A DNA stretch of 64,000 nucleotides from an uncultured delta proteobacterium (GTDB taxonomy: Bacteria > Myxococcota_A > Polyangia > Polyangiales > Polyangiaceae): assembly GCA_963841435.1 (NCBI GenBank), contig CAWJCS010000002.1:928001-992000 (forward strand), given 5' to 3'. Positions 9,707-21,271 of this stretch are shown piece after piece. The notes beneath the pieces are model-generated. The model did no database searches. It saw nothing but the letters and a program-made list of their open reading frames with translations, and was not told where the DNA came from. A program made the position numbers and the translations under genes. Each line of letters starts with the position of its first letter. The first letter of the stretch is position 1.

Positions 9707-10267
9707 GTGCAGGTTGCCTTCTACGGTGGCAGCTTCGACCCGCCGCACCTCGCCCACCTGTTCTCGGCGGTGCTCGCGGCGTCGCTCGGCGGCTTCGACA
9801 AGGTGCTCGTCATGCCCGTGTTCGAGCACCCGCTCGGCAAGGTCCTTTCGCCGTTCGACCTGCGCGTCGATCTTTGCCGGCGCTGTTTCGACGGATTCGG
9901 GCGCGTCGAAGTGAGCACGCTCGAGGCCGAGCTCGAGCGCCCGAGCTACACGGTGCGCACACTCGAGCGCCTCGGGCGCGACCACCCCGACTGGCAGCTT
10001 CGCATCGTCATCGGCAGCGACGTTCTCTCCGACACGAGCGCGTGGCACGACTTCGACCGCGTGCGAAAGCTCGCTCCACCGTTCGTGCTCGCTCGCAAGG
10101 GATACGAGAGTCCCGAGCTCGGCCCCGCCGTGCTGCCTTTCGTCTCTTCGACCCGGGTGCGCGAGCTGTTGCGGCGGCGCGACGAGCCGGACGCGCTCCG
10201 CGAGCTTTCTTTTCTCGTGCCCGAGCGCGTGCTCGCCCGCGTGATCGAGCTCGGGATTTATCGGTAG
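9707..10267 (+). CDS. nadD: Nicotinate-nucleotide adenylyltransferase
   Basis: YGGSFDPPHLAH, SYTVRTL, VIGSD, VSSTRVR. Confidence 0.9.
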   Translation: MQVAFYGGSFDPPHLAHLFSAVLAASLGGFDKVLVMPVFEHPLGKVLSPFDLRVDLCRRCFDGFGRVEVSTLEAELERPSYTVRTLERLGRDHPDWQLRIVIGSDVLSDTSAWHDFDRVRKLAPPFVLARKGYESPELGPAVLPFVSSTRVRELLRRRDEPDALRELSFLVPERVLARVIELGIYR

Positions 10268-10357
10268 GAGCTCGACGCGGGGCGGATTTCCCGATGCCCG
10301 ATGCCGATCGCCCGGCTGGCGCCTCGTCAAGCCCGCCAGCCGTACTACACTCCCCCG

Positions 10358-12535
10358 ATGGACCTGCGCACGCGGACGTCCCTCTTTTGCGGGGTCCTGG
10401 CGCTGACCATCGGTGCGTCCATCCTGCTGCGCGGCAGGCTCCGGCGGCCCCAGGTGCTGTTCGCGGCGTTCGCCGGCGATATCGGGCTTTTCTATCTCGC
10501 GCAGTGGCTTTACCAGACCGTCGGCAGCGACGTGTGGGCGCGCTTCACGGCCGTGCTCGCCGTCCTCTTGCCGCAGTTCGCCGTGCACCTGTTCGGCGCC
10601 ATCGTGCCGGACACCGAGCGCCGCTCGGTACTGCCGCGCGTGGCTGGCGCGCTCGGCTTGCCGATGCTCGTGCTCGCGCTCACCCAGCACCGCTACTGGC
10701 TCGTGCGCGGCGCGGTGTTTCTCTATGTGTTTGGCTTGCTCGCGGCGACGCTCGGGTCGCTCTTCCGGCGCGGTGAGCGCAGTGGCTCGCGCGCCGTGCA
10801 GCGTCGCGTGCGGTTCCTCGTGCTGATCGGCGCGCTCGCGGCGTTGTTCAGCCTGGCGGATTTCTTGTGGTTCATCGGCGCGCCGTTGCCGCCGGTCAGC
10901 GCCGTGCTCGCCATCGTGTTCTTGTTCGTACTGTCCGAGTCGCTCGTCCGGGAGCGTCTGGTCGACCTCTACGACGTGCTCGTGAAGCTTTTGGTGTCCA
11001 CGGCGCTCGCCTTCTCGCTCGCCGGGATCTTCTACGTTCTCGTGGGGTTGTTCGGGGGGTTCGAGGTCATGTATCTCGGCGCGATTTTGGCCGCGATCGT
11101 GATCCTGGTGCTGTTCGAGCCGCTGCGTGAGCGAGCCGAGGGCTACGTTGGCCGCATCGTCGTCCGCGAGCGCGTCAACCTCGAGCGCGCCGTCGCCCGG
11201 GCGCGCGCGCGCCTCGTGCACGTGCTCCAGCTCGGCGAGATGCAGGAGGTCGTGATCGCCGCGCTCGAGGGGTCGCGCCGTGCCACGGGGGCGGCGCTCT
11301 ACCTGCGCGATCCGGGCGGCTCGGATTTCGCGCTCGCCGGGTCGTTCGGACCCCAGGCGCCCGAGCGCGTGGAAGCCGCGGCTGCGGGTCCCCTGCTGGA
11401 GCGTCTCGAGCAGGCGCCGAGCCTCGCGCTCGAGGAGGTGCGCTCGCGCTTGCCGGAGCGTCGGCGGTCGGGGCAGGCGCGCGAGGCCGAGGCGGACGAG
11501 CGCGTGCTCGCTGCGTCGGAGCTGCTCGGTCCGTTCCGGCAGAGCCTCTGCCTGGCGATTCGTGGCGAGGATCGGGAGCTGCGCGGTTTTCTCACGGTGA
11601 TCGACGACCGCGTGCGCGACGCGTTCTCGCCCGACGACATCGCGCTGCTCGAGCCACTCGCGCTGCAGATCGGCGTCGTGCTCGAGAACACCAAGCAATA
11701 CCGGCGGTTGCAGGAGCGCGACCGCCTGACGGTCCTCGGGCAAATGGCGGCGGGCCTCGCGCACGAGATCAAAAACCCCCTCGGGGCCATCAAGGGCGCG
11801 GCGCAGCTGCTCGGTGACGGGCGCAGCACGGCGCCGCTCGGCCCGTCGGAGCGCGAGTTTCTCGGCATCATCCTCGAGGAGGTGGAGCGGCTCGATCGCG
11901 TCGTCGGCTCGGTGCTCGACTACGCCCGACCCTCGAAGGGCGACGTGGGCCTCGTCGAGGTGAACGCCGTCGTGCGCGGCACACTGAAGCTCTTGGCGTC
12001 CGATCGCGCGGAAGTGTCGGACGTTCGCATGGAACTCGAGGAGACGCTCCCCGGCGTGCGCGTCGACGCTGAGCAGCTGCGTCAGGTGCTCATCAACCTC
12101 GTGCGCAACGCGTCGCAGGCCATGGGCGCGACCGGCACCGTCTACGTCACGACGCGCTCGCGCGAGCAGCGCCGCCTCGGCGGTTCGGAGGTCGTGCGGT
12201 TCGTGGAAATCGCGGTGCGCGACGAGGGGCCGGGCATCGCTCCCCAGGTCATGAAGAACCTTTTCGTGCCCTTCGTGACCACGAAGGACAAAGGGACGGG
12301 TCTCGGGCTCGCCATCAGTCAGCGTGTCGTCGCCGAAATGGGCGGCCGCATCGACGTGGCCTCGTCCGAAGGGCTCGGCTCCACCTTTACCGTGGTCCTC
12401 CCCGCCGCCTCCGAGGTGGATGCCGAGCCGCTCGTCGAGTCGGCGCGGGGGCTGCTCTCCGCGCTCGGCCCGTCGGCGGGTCCGGCGTCCCCCGCTACGG
12501 GCGCCGTGCGCGAGGGGTCCGCCTCGCGCGACTAG
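10358..12535 (+). CDS. Multi-TM sensor histidine kinase with GAF domain
   Basis: About 8 TM segments, GAF-like region, LAHEIKNPLG H-box, NLVRNA, DEGPGI, FVTTKDKGTGLGL. Confidence 0.92.
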   Translation: MDLRTRTSLFCGVLALTIGASILLRGRLRRPQVLFAAFAGDIGLFYLAQWLYQTVGSDVWARFTAVLAVLLPQFAVHLFGAIVPDTERRSVLPRVAGALGLPMLVLALTQHRYWLVRGAVFLYVFGLLAATLGSLFRRGERSGSRAVQRRVRFLVLIGALAALFSLADFLWFIGAPLPPVSAVLAIVFLFVLSESLVRERLVDLYDVLVKLLVSTALAFSLAGIFYVLVGLFGGFEVMYLGAILAAIVILVLFEPLRERAEGYVGRIVVRERVNLERAVARARARLVHVLQLGEMQEVVIAALEGSRRATGAALYLRDPGGSDFALAGSFGPQAPERVEAAAAGPLLERLEQAPSLALEEVRSRLPERRRSGQAREAEADERVLAASELLGPFRQSLCLAIRGEDRELRGFLTVIDDRVRDAFSPDDIALLEPLALQIGVVLENTKQYRRLQERDRLTVLGQMAAGLAHEIKNPLGAIKGAAQLLGDGRSTAPLGPSEREFLGIILEEVERLDRVVGSVLDYARPSKGDVGLVEVNAVVRGTLKLLASDRAEVSDVRMELEETLPGVRVDAEQLRQVLINLVRNASQAMGATGTVYVTTRSREQRRLGGSEVVRFVEIAVRDEGPGIAPQVMKNLFVPFVTTKDKGTGLGLAISQRVVAEMGGRIDVASSEGLGSTFTVVLPAASEVDAEPLVESARGLLSALGPSAGPASPATGAVREGSASRD

Positions 12536-12633
12536 CCGCGTTTTCGAGGCGGGTGCGGGCCTCGAAAAAAGGCCGTCGAGTGAGCCCATCGCCTCGCGCG
12601 CCACGTCGCGATAGGCTGTCCGGGAAACCGACG

Positions 12634-13614
12634 ATGGGCATCTCTCGTAAGGATAGCGGCCCCAGCGACCCGCCACGGCGATACGCCCTCAGGTTCGTGT
12701 CCGGCAAGTACCAGGGCGGCGAGTTCCCACTCAGCGACGGAGAGCAAGTCGAGGTGGGCCGCTCGAGCGATCTCGACATGGTGCTCGTCGAGGAGATGGT
12801 GTCGCGAAAGCACGCCGTCTTTCGTCTCGTCAACGGCGTGCTGACCGTCGAGGACGTGGGCTCCACCAACGGCACGTTCGTCAACGGTGAGCGTATCGAC
12901 AAGGCGACCCTGCGCGAGGGTGATCGCGTGCTGATCGGGACGAGCATCTTGCGCGTCGTCGGATCGGACGCCACCACGCCCGCGGGCGCTCAGAAAAAAT
13001 CGTTGCTCGACCATCAGACCCAAAAAGCGGTGCGATCGCGCACCAACGAGCCGCCCGCGTCGATCGAGCCACCGCGCATGTCGGGCAGCCTCGAGGAGAT
13101 CCCCTTGCCGGATCTGATGCAGCTCCTGTCAACGTCCAAGAAGAGCGGCGTGCTCGTGCTGCGCGACGCGACGAGCGTCGGGCGGCTCTACCTCGACGTG
13201 GGGCGTATCCGCCACGCCGAGATCGACACGAGCCCCGGGCTGCCGGGCCTCAAGGCCGTCTATCGCTTGCTCGGCTTCACGCGCGGCTCGTTCGCGCTCG
13301 ATCCGCCCGAGGACCGCACCATCGCCGAGCCGCTCGATCTCGGCGCGACCGAGGTGCTCATGGAGGGCGTGCGCCAGCTCGACGAGCTCGCGACGCTGGG
13401 GGCGCGCCTGCCGCCGCGCGCGGCGCCGGTGCGCCTGCCGAAAGACCCCAAGCTTCGCCTGCGGGATCTCGCGGCCGAGGACCTCGACTGGATGGAGGTA
13501 GCGCTCGGCGCCGGGACGTTCGGTGGCGCCCTCGACGCCTCGCCCACCCCGGACATCGACGCCGCGCGCGCTCTCATCGGCCTCGTCGAGCGGGGCGCGC
13601 TCTCTTTCGGCTGA
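12634..13614 (+). CDS. FHA + DUF4388 domain protein
   Basis: FHA GRSSD...VSRKHA...DVGSTNGTFVNG; DUF4388 MSGSLEEIPLPDLMQLL...KKSGVL...LMEGVRQLDE. Confidence 0.85.
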   Translation: MGISRKDSGPSDPPRRYALRFVSGKYQGGEFPLSDGEQVEVGRSSDLDMVLVEEMVSRKHAVFRLVNGVLTVEDVGSTNGTFVNGERIDKATLREGDRVLIGTSILRVVGSDATTPAGAQKKSLLDHQTQKAVRSRTNEPPASIEPPRMSGSLEEIPLPDLMQLLSTSKKSGVLVLRDATSVGRLYLDVGRIRHAEIDTSPGLPGLKAVYRLLGFTRGSFALDPPEDRTIAEPLDLGATEVLMEGVRQLDELATLGARLPPRAAPVRLPKDPKLRLRDLAAEDLDWMEVALGAGTFGGALDASPTPDIDAARALIGLVERGALSFG

Positions 13615-13645
13615 GCGCGCGGGCCCCGCGCCTGGTCGCGGGCGC

Positions 13646-14464
13646 TCAGGGCTCGTCGGCGCTCGCCGCCGGTCGGGCGCGCGCGGGGAGGCGATCGAGC
13701 GTCTTCAGGCGAGCGGCGATGGCAGGATCGCGTTCGAGCAGGCGTGCCTCGCGCACGACCTGGTCGAGGGCGTGCCAGGGGCTGTGGTCCGCCGCGAGAC
13801 GCTCGAGCTCGCCGACGGCCCGCGCCTTCTCGTCGGGTGCGCCGAGCTCCACGAAGTTCCCAAGGTAGCGGAGCGCGCCCGCGCCGAGCGACGCGTAGGC
13901 CCGGAGTAGCGGCAGGTAGGGGTTGTCGCGCCGCATGGCCTCGAGCTCGACGCCGGCGTCGGGCGTCGTGGCGAGCTCCTTCAGCCGTTCGAGCGCTCGC
14001 GTGCGCTCGGCGGAGCCGGCGGGCTGTGCGGCGGCGCTCGCGGAGGGCGGCGCGCTCGCCTGCGAGGCGCCCGAGCTGCCGAGGTACTCCATGGCAAGCA
14101 AGCGAAGCCGCCGCTCGGCGCGGCTCGCTCGGAGGGCGAGGTCCGCGGCGGCACGCTCGGTTGCGGCGTCGCGGCCGAGCGAGCGAGCGCGGTCCTTCAC
14201 CGTTCGGAGCGCGCGCTCGGCCGCTCTACAGAGCGCGAGGTCGTCCTTGGCCTTGACGACGCCCTCGCAGGTCGGCGGCGTCGGCTCGCCGTCCCACGCC
14301 GCTTGCCAGCCGCGCAGCGCCCTCTCGAGCCGCGCTGCCGTGCGCGCGCGCGCCGAAGCGTCGAGCGCGGGTGACGGTGCGGGCTCGGCCTTCTTCGCGC
14401 AGGCGCTCGAGCCGAGCGCGATCAAAAGGCCGAGAGCGCGCGCGAGCTCACTGGTAGATGCCAC
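13646..14464 (-). CDS. Hypothetical helical lipoprotein
   Basis: Signal with lipobox-like LGSSAC; overlaps end of upstream protease gene by 17 nt. Confidence 0.6.
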   Translation of the reverse strand: MASTSELARALGLLIALGSSACAKKAEPAPSPALDASARARTAARLERALRGWQAAWDGEPTPPTCEGVVKAKDDLALCRAAERALRTVKDRARSLGRDAATERAAADLALRASRAERRLRLLAMEYLGSSGASQASAPPSASAAAQPAGSAERTRALERLKELATTPDAGVELEAMRRDNPYLPLLRAYASLGAGALRYLGNFVELGAPDEKARAVGELERLAADHSPWHALDQVVREARLLERDPAIAARLKTLDRLPARARPAASADEP

Positions 14465-17400
14465 GCCAGTTCGGGGTGTCGAAGGCGAAGGCGGCGGTCA
14501 CGCTGCGCAGGTAGTCGATCACCGTCTTGTACCCCTTGACGCGCATGACGTACTCGGACGCGTCGCGGGTGCTCGCAAGGATGGGCTGGCCCTTGCAGCT
14601 CGAAACGCCGTCCGGGCAGTTGTCGTTGTCGGGGTACTTCGCGATGGTCAGCTCTCCCGTGTCCGCATCGGTGTCGTCAACCTGGTACGCGTGGCTCGTC
14701 AGAAGATTCATCCACTCGATCACGCGTGCGGCGATGCCGCGATCGATGTCCCGCCCGTCGATGGTTTCCTGGCCGTAGCTGTGGGCGACGTAGAGCTGCC
14801 CGCTCGTCGGATCGCGCCAGGCGCGCCGCTCGTCGGCGGGGAACGCCGGGTCGCTGTCGAGGCCAATCGCCCAGATGCGCATCATGTCGACCCAGTCGAG
14901 CTTCCAGCTCTCGGGCAGGTAGAGCATCGACCAGAACACGACGAACTTCTGGATTTCGAAGCCGACCTCGGGGTCAACCGCGATCGAGCCTTCGGGGGGG
15001 GCAGTGCCGTGGTCGCCGGCATCGCCCGCGAAGTCGAAGCAGCCCACGCGGCCCTTCGCCGGCCAGCAGATGCCTGGATCGGCGGCCCACCAGGCACGCT
15101 GCCCGAACGGAGCGGAAACGACGTTGTCCCGATCGAGGAGGGGGTCGACGCCGCCGGCACCGTTGAGTGTGCCCGCCACCCGCCAGCCGAGCATCGTCTT
15201 GTCCTCGGTGAGCGAGGTGCCGATCAAGCGGCGGACGCCGTCGGGGAACAGCGTGGCCATGCCGATGTTCCTGTAGCGCCCGTCGAAGAAGGTCTCGCGA
15301 TCGTTCGGGATGAAGCGATCGAACGAGTCGGTGAGCAGCGCCGTGGCCCACGACTTGTCGTAGTACGAGCCGACCCACTCGGTGTAGTCACTCGCGTAGT
15401 AGCCCTTGGTCTCGTCGAGCGAGTTGTGGAGCGGTCGTCCGCCGATCGTCTGATCGTCGTCGAGCAGCGTCGTCCCCTCGGGGATCACGACCGGTTTGAT
15501 GGCGTTCTCCGTGAAGATCTGGTCCACGTTGCGCAGCACGCTGTCGCCCGTGGCGTCCGTCTCGGAGCGGTGAACCCCCGCCGACGGGCGCGTGAGCATG
15601 CGCGCGAAATGGTCGAACGAAAGCGTCGCGGCGAGCGCGTTCGGCTCGAGGCTCGGGAAAGGCTGGCTCGCGTCGGTGCGCGGCTCGGATAGATCGAGCA
15701 GCTGAGAGCGCACGCCGGCACCCGCGAAGATCTCGTTCAAGAACGCGAAGGCCTTTCCCATCTCCATCAGCTTGAAGTGGTAGCGCGAGAGCTGACGCTC
15801 GGTCGTCGGGCGGATGCCGAAGGAGGTGCGGTTGCGCCGGTGATTCTCGAAGAGGTGATTGTCCTCGTAGGCGGCGCTGAGAAAATGCGTGACCTCGTAG
15901 GGGTCCGCGCCGTTATCGTGGCGGTACACGGCGACATTTCCGAGATCCGCCCACTCGTCGCCCGCGTAGAGGTACGGGCGGCGCACGCGACCCATCGGAT
16001 CGAACTTTCGCACCTCACCGCCGCTGAGCGTCTGGGTCGGGGCGACGCCCACCTGATCGAACTCGAGGTCCGCGTAGGAGACGTAATCGACGGGCGGCCC
16101 GTCGCAGATCGTCCCGTTGACGATCTTGGCGTCGAACTCGGGCACGTACACGCCGTCCTTTTGCTCGTCCCAGTTGGGCGGCGGCGATAGCTCTTCTTCG
16201 CTCGCGTCGCGGCAATTTCTCACGAGGCCGAACATATTGTTGAGCTCGGAATAGTGGATGGCCTGGCTGGTGCCAAAGCCGTAGGCGGGTCCCAGGATGC
16301 CGCCGAAGGAATCGAGCCTGTCCTGGAGCAGCGCGCCGCCGGTCGTGCAGCGGCGTGAGCTGCCGAGCCCGACGCAGCTCACCGAAGGGTCGTCCCACAC
16401 GTCGGTGACGTTGCCGTATGCGAAGCGAATCGCCGCGCGATCGTAGGCGCTGATGTCCATCGAATCTTGTGTGAGCTCGCCGGGGTAGTCCATCACGCTC
16501 GTGTGCGACCAGCGGTTGATGAGCCCCTCGTCCTCCTCGGGCGTGACCGGGTCGAGCCAGCGGGGGCCGATGCAGGTGGAGCCGTCGTCGGTCGCGTCGA
16601 CGCAAACGTCGGTCTCCTTGCCGTCGCGCGTCCGGAGCTGCCAATACTGCGTCCGGTAGTTGAGGGCGTCGGCCGACGACGTGAAGTTGTGCTCGAGCCC
16701 CAGCGAGTGACCGATCTCGTGCGAGATCACGCTGAAGCGGTACTGACGCGTCAAGAAATCGCGCCAGCGGTCGTTGCGCGCGAGCACGGCCCCCGCCGAG
16801 GCCTGCACGCCCGGCGTCTGAGTGTCCTCGTCCTCGAGCGGAAACTTCAGATTCATGATGCGCGCCCACGCGCCCGTGTCGGTCGGCTCGGGCGCTTCGA
16901 GCTCGCAGCGTCCGGTTTGCGCGAGAGCGAGCTGGTGCTGCTCGTCGAGCTCGGCGCGGAACGTGTAAAAGCTCCCGCGCAGCGGGGAGATCTGGTCGAG
17001 CAGCGTGCTCGAGATGCCTGCGCCGAGCTGCACGTTGCCCATCTGCAGGAAGGGCTCGGTGAGCAGGTCGAGCTCGACGCCCGATTGCTTGGCGAGCCCG
17101 AGGCGCTTCACGAGCGGGGCGTTGCCGCGACCCAAGATCTGGTCGCCGAAGCGGCTCGCCGTGAGGTTTGCCGCCCACTTCACCGTGTCGATCTCATTGA
17201 GGCCGGGCAGCGGGGTCTTCTGGCCGTCGAGGCTGCCGTCCATCGCGCGGAACCGCTCCTCGATCTCGCGGCGATTCATGAGCGGCGGATTTCGGTGCAG
17301 CATGAGGCGACCGTCGGAGAGACTCACGCTCTGGGCGTAGTTGCCCCCGGCCGCCTGAGCGTTGGTGAGCTCGCCGAGCTGCCAGCGCATCTTGTCGATG

Positions 17401-19082
17401 GTGTCCTGCACGACGCGATCCGTGGACGCGTCGAAGATGCTGACGCTCGCGTCAACGACCATGCCGGTCAGCGGATCCTGACCGTCGACCATGACGCCCC
17501 ACGGCATGCCCGACATCGGGTCATGGAAGGCGGTGATGAGGTGGTAGCGGATGTCGCCGAGACGAGCGGTGAGCCCGGGCGCACCGCAGGCGGGATTGTC
17601 GGCGCTCGTGACCGGGTTGTGGCAGAGCATGGCCACGCGCGGCACCGCCTGCATCGCGTCGTCGAGCGTCGTCGGGTATTTTTCGCGGCACGAATCGAGC
17701 AGCGGACCCGCGGCCGAGCGCGCGCAGTTCGCGTATCCGGCGGGGTCACTGGAAAAATCCTGCGCGCATTGATCGATGTCGCCGCGCTGGAAGCCGGCAA
17801 CGTGCAGGCACTCCGTGAAGCGTGCCGTCTGCACGGCGTGGCGCAGCGCACCGTCCCAGTTGTCGACCGCCCCTGCCGCCTGCTCGAAAAAGCTCGGCTC
17901 GCTGCCGAGCCCGAAATAGAACCGAATCGGGCGGATCCTTCGATCGGCGTAGGGCAGGGTGCAGGCGTGCGTGTAGGGGTCGCAGCGCGAGCCGTTGCCG
18001 ACCACGGCGCATTCGTCCTGCGTGCCGTCCCGATCGTCGTCACGCTGCGGATCAGCCCCTGCGGGCGTGGTGTCGCTCGTGTAGCAGCGCACGAGAGCTC
18101 CGCCTTCGGTGTGGGCGTGGCTCTGCTCCCAGATGTTGTGCCGGCTCGCGAAGCGGTACCATTTGTCGTTGACGATGCCGTAGTTGCGGTCGTACGCGTT
18201 GCGGATCGTGCCGTCGATGATGCCGAACATGTCCTTACGCTGGCCGTCCCAGTCGATGGGCTCGTAGTCGGTGTCTTCGACGCGACGGAAGGACAGGCGG
18301 ACCTTGACCTCCGACGGGTTGCAGTTGCCCTCGGGATAGGTGCCCTGGAGCACGTCGGGCTGGAAGAAGCAGAGCGGGAACGCACCCCACGGCGTCTGCA
18401 TGGTCTCGGGCCGCGCGTAGATCTTGTTCGTGACGTCGAAATAGTGGTCCTCGCGCGAGAACACCGGGGCATCTGGGCTCTTCGGGTCCTCCACGAAGTA
18501 CGAGACGGGCTCGTAGGTCATGGGGTCGCCCGTGATGAGCGGGACGATGCTCAGGATGTCGAAATCGTAGGCGGTCGTGACCAGGTTCTGCGACCAGTCG
18601 ACGCGCATGTAGTCCCGCGTGTACCAGGGTCGGTCGCTGGTGTTTTCGACGACGATGTTGAGCTCTTCACCCGTTTGCGGGTTGTACTCGCGCTGGATGT
18701 CGAAATGCGACTCGATGGGGAAGGCGGCCACCACGACGCCGAGCGCGCCGATATCGCTGCCCGTCGTCGTGTTCGAGACGCGATCGTACGAGAGCCGAGC
18801 GAGCAACAGATCCTCGGTGATCTCCCAGTGGATGCGGGAGACGGAGGCGGCGATGGGGGCGTAGAGCAGCGCCTGCGTCGTGCCGAAGTCGACGTCGACG
18901 ATGGTGCTCCGGAAGTAAAACTCGGGGTCGTCGCTCTCGTCGGTCAGCGAGCCGACGAAGAAGGCTTTGGCGAGCGCGTTGGGCTGCACGCGGTTGATGG
19001 GCGCGCGCTCCTCGGCGCAGCCCCCGAAGGCGAGTGCGCCGAGGAGCGCGATGACGAGCGACCGGATCGAGGGAAGCTTCAT
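14448..19082 (-). CDS. Giant (1544 aa) Cys-rich metzincin-type zinc metalloprotease lipoprotein
   Basis: GGAGG RBS before ATG, lipobox LAFGGC, HEIGHSLGLEHNF zinc motif, SVMDY Met-turn; first 403 codons of ORF 14448..20291 are out-of-frame overlap with hisD plus spacer. Confidence 0.85.
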   Translation of the reverse strand: MKLPSIRSLVIALLGALAFGGCAEERAPINRVQPNALAKAFFVGSLTDESDDPEFYFRSTIVDVDFGTTQALLYAPIAASVSRIHWEITEDLLLARLSYDRVSNTTTGSDIGALGVVVAAFPIESHFDIQREYNPQTGEELNIVVENTSDRPWYTRDYMRVDWSQNLVTTAYDFDILSIVPLITGDPMTYEPVSYFVEDPKSPDAPVFSREDHYFDVTNKIYARPETMQTPWGAFPLCFFQPDVLQGTYPEGNCNPSEVKVRLSFRRVEDTDYEPIDWDGQRKDMFGIIDGTIRNAYDRNYGIVNDKWYRFASRHNIWEQSHAHTEGGALVRCYTSDTTPAGADPQRDDDRDGTQDECAVVGNGSRCDPYTHACTLPYADRRIRPIRFYFGLGSEPSFFEQAAGAVDNWDGALRHAVQTARFTECLHVAGFQRGDIDQCAQDFSSDPAGYANCARSAAGPLLDSCREKYPTTLDDAMQAVPRVAMLCHNPVTSADNPACGAPGLTARLGDIRYHLITAFHDPMSGMPWGVMVDGQDPLTGMVVDASVSIFDASTDRVVQDTIDKMRWQLGELTNAQAAGGNYAQSVSLSDGRLMLHRNPPLMNRREIEERFRAMDGSLDGQKTPLPGLNEIDTVKWAANLTASRFGDQILGRGNAPLVKRLGLAKQSGVELDLLTEPFLQMGNVQLGAGISSTLLDQISPLRGSFYTFRAELDEQHQLALAQTGRCELEAPEPTDTGAWARIMNLKFPLEDEDTQTPGVQASAGAVLARNDRWRDFLTRQYRFSVISHEIGHSLGLEHNFTSSADALNYRTQYWQLRTRDGKETDVCVDATDDGSTCIGPRWLDPVTPEEDEGLINRWSHTSVMDYPGELTQDSMDISAYDRAAIRFAYGNVTDVWDDPSVSCVGLGSSRRCTTGGALLQDRLDSFGGILGPAYGFGTSQAIHYSELNNMFGLVRNCRDASEEELSPPPNWDEQKDGVYVPEFDAKIVNGTICDGPPVDYVSYADLEFDQVGVAPTQTLSGGEVRKFDPMGRVRRPYLYAGDEWADLGNVAVYRHDNGADPYEVTHFLSAAYEDNHLFENHRRNRTSFGIRPTTERQLSRYHFKLMEMGKAFAFLNEIFAGAGVRSQLLDLSEPRTDASQPFPSLEPNALAATLSFDHFARMLTRPSAGVHRSETDATGDSVLRNVDQIFTENAIKPVVIPEGTTLLDDDQTIGGRPLHNSLDETKGYYASDYTEWVGSYYDKSWATALLTDSFDRFIPNDRETFFDGRYRNIGMATLFPDGVRRLIGTSLTEDKTMLGWRVAGTLNGAGGVDPLLDRDNVVSAPFGQRAWWAADPGICWPAKGRVGCFDFAGDAGDHGTAPPEGSIAVDPEVGFEIQKFVVFWSMLYLPESWKLDWVDMMRIWAIGLDSDPAFPADERRAWRDPTSGQLYVAHSYGQETIDGRDIDRGIAARVIEWMNLLTSHAYQVDDTDADTGELTIAKYPDNDNCPDGVSSCKGQPILASTRDASEYVMRVKGYKTVIDYLRSVTAAFAFDTPNWRGIYQ

Positions 19083-19150
19083 GGCTCCTCCAGGGGGGAA
19101 AGCGAACGATACCCCGGCGGCAGTCCGCATGGCCACCCGCTTCCGGGGGC

Positions 19151-20457
<1,307 letters not shown>

Positions 20458-20461
<4 letters not shown>

Positions 20462-21081
20462 GTCCAGTGCCCCGCCTTGGCGGCGGCGGGGTCGTGCTCG
20501 CGGATGCGCGGGCCGAGCGCCTCGCGGAAAACCTGCTCGTCGTCCACGTCGGCGTCACCATCGGGGAAGCCCTTGGCCACCACCATGCCGATCGACAGGA
20601 TGCGCAGGAACGTCGCAAAGCTCGAGGCGCAGAGTCGCGGCTTGACGGTCGCGGTGCCGTTCATCGACGTGTACACGGGGCAGTCGCCCTCGGCGTCGGG
20701 GCTCGACGTGTCGAGGAAGTAGGGATCGCCGAGCAGCGCGCTGTGCGCGATGACCACCCAGCCTGGACGCCAGCCGTTCGGCGGTGCACCCGGGGTTGGC
20801 TCGCCCGCCTCGGCGAGACCGTAGCCCGGCTGCTCCTCGATGATGCGCTCGGAGGGGATGAGGCGCACTCGCTCGGCGGGCGTCTTCGTCTCGACGTCGA
20901 GCGGATCGGCGGCGAGCAAAAACTCGCGGAAGCGCCGCGGGATGCGAAGCTTGGCTTTCAGGGCGTCAACGCGTGCCGGGTCGGCCTTACCGAACTGGGC
21001 GCTCAGGCGCCGAGCGGCAAACGCATCCTTGAGAGCTGTCAACGATTCGGCGAGATCGCTGTCCAACGGTGCGACCTCCAC
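20458..21081 (-). CDS. SMI1/KNR4 (SUKH) family protein
   Basis: IPRRFREFL, VVIAHSALLGDPYFLD, DCPVY, ASSFATFL; GTGA overlap with hisD start. Confidence 0.75.
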
Positions 21082-21271
21082 ACGCGCCGCGGGTCCGGAC
21101 AGAGGGCCCGCCAGGCGGAAACAAGAAGAACGAATCGAATTTCTACTGCGATGCCGGCGAGGTGCAAGGCCTCACGGAATCCGGCGTCAAATTTCGCTCG
21201 CGCCGGTGTTTTTTTCGCGCTCGGGTCGCCGCGAGTCGGCGCGCGGGCCGGACGGGGCTCCCCCCCAGCAC

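Noticed and set aside
9446-12676. Long antisense ORFs (also 3500..5068, 16467..19307, 27409..29709, 31077..32822, 53857..55293)
   Set aside because: Stop-poor shadow frames expected at this GC content, opposite well-supported genes and lacking motifs
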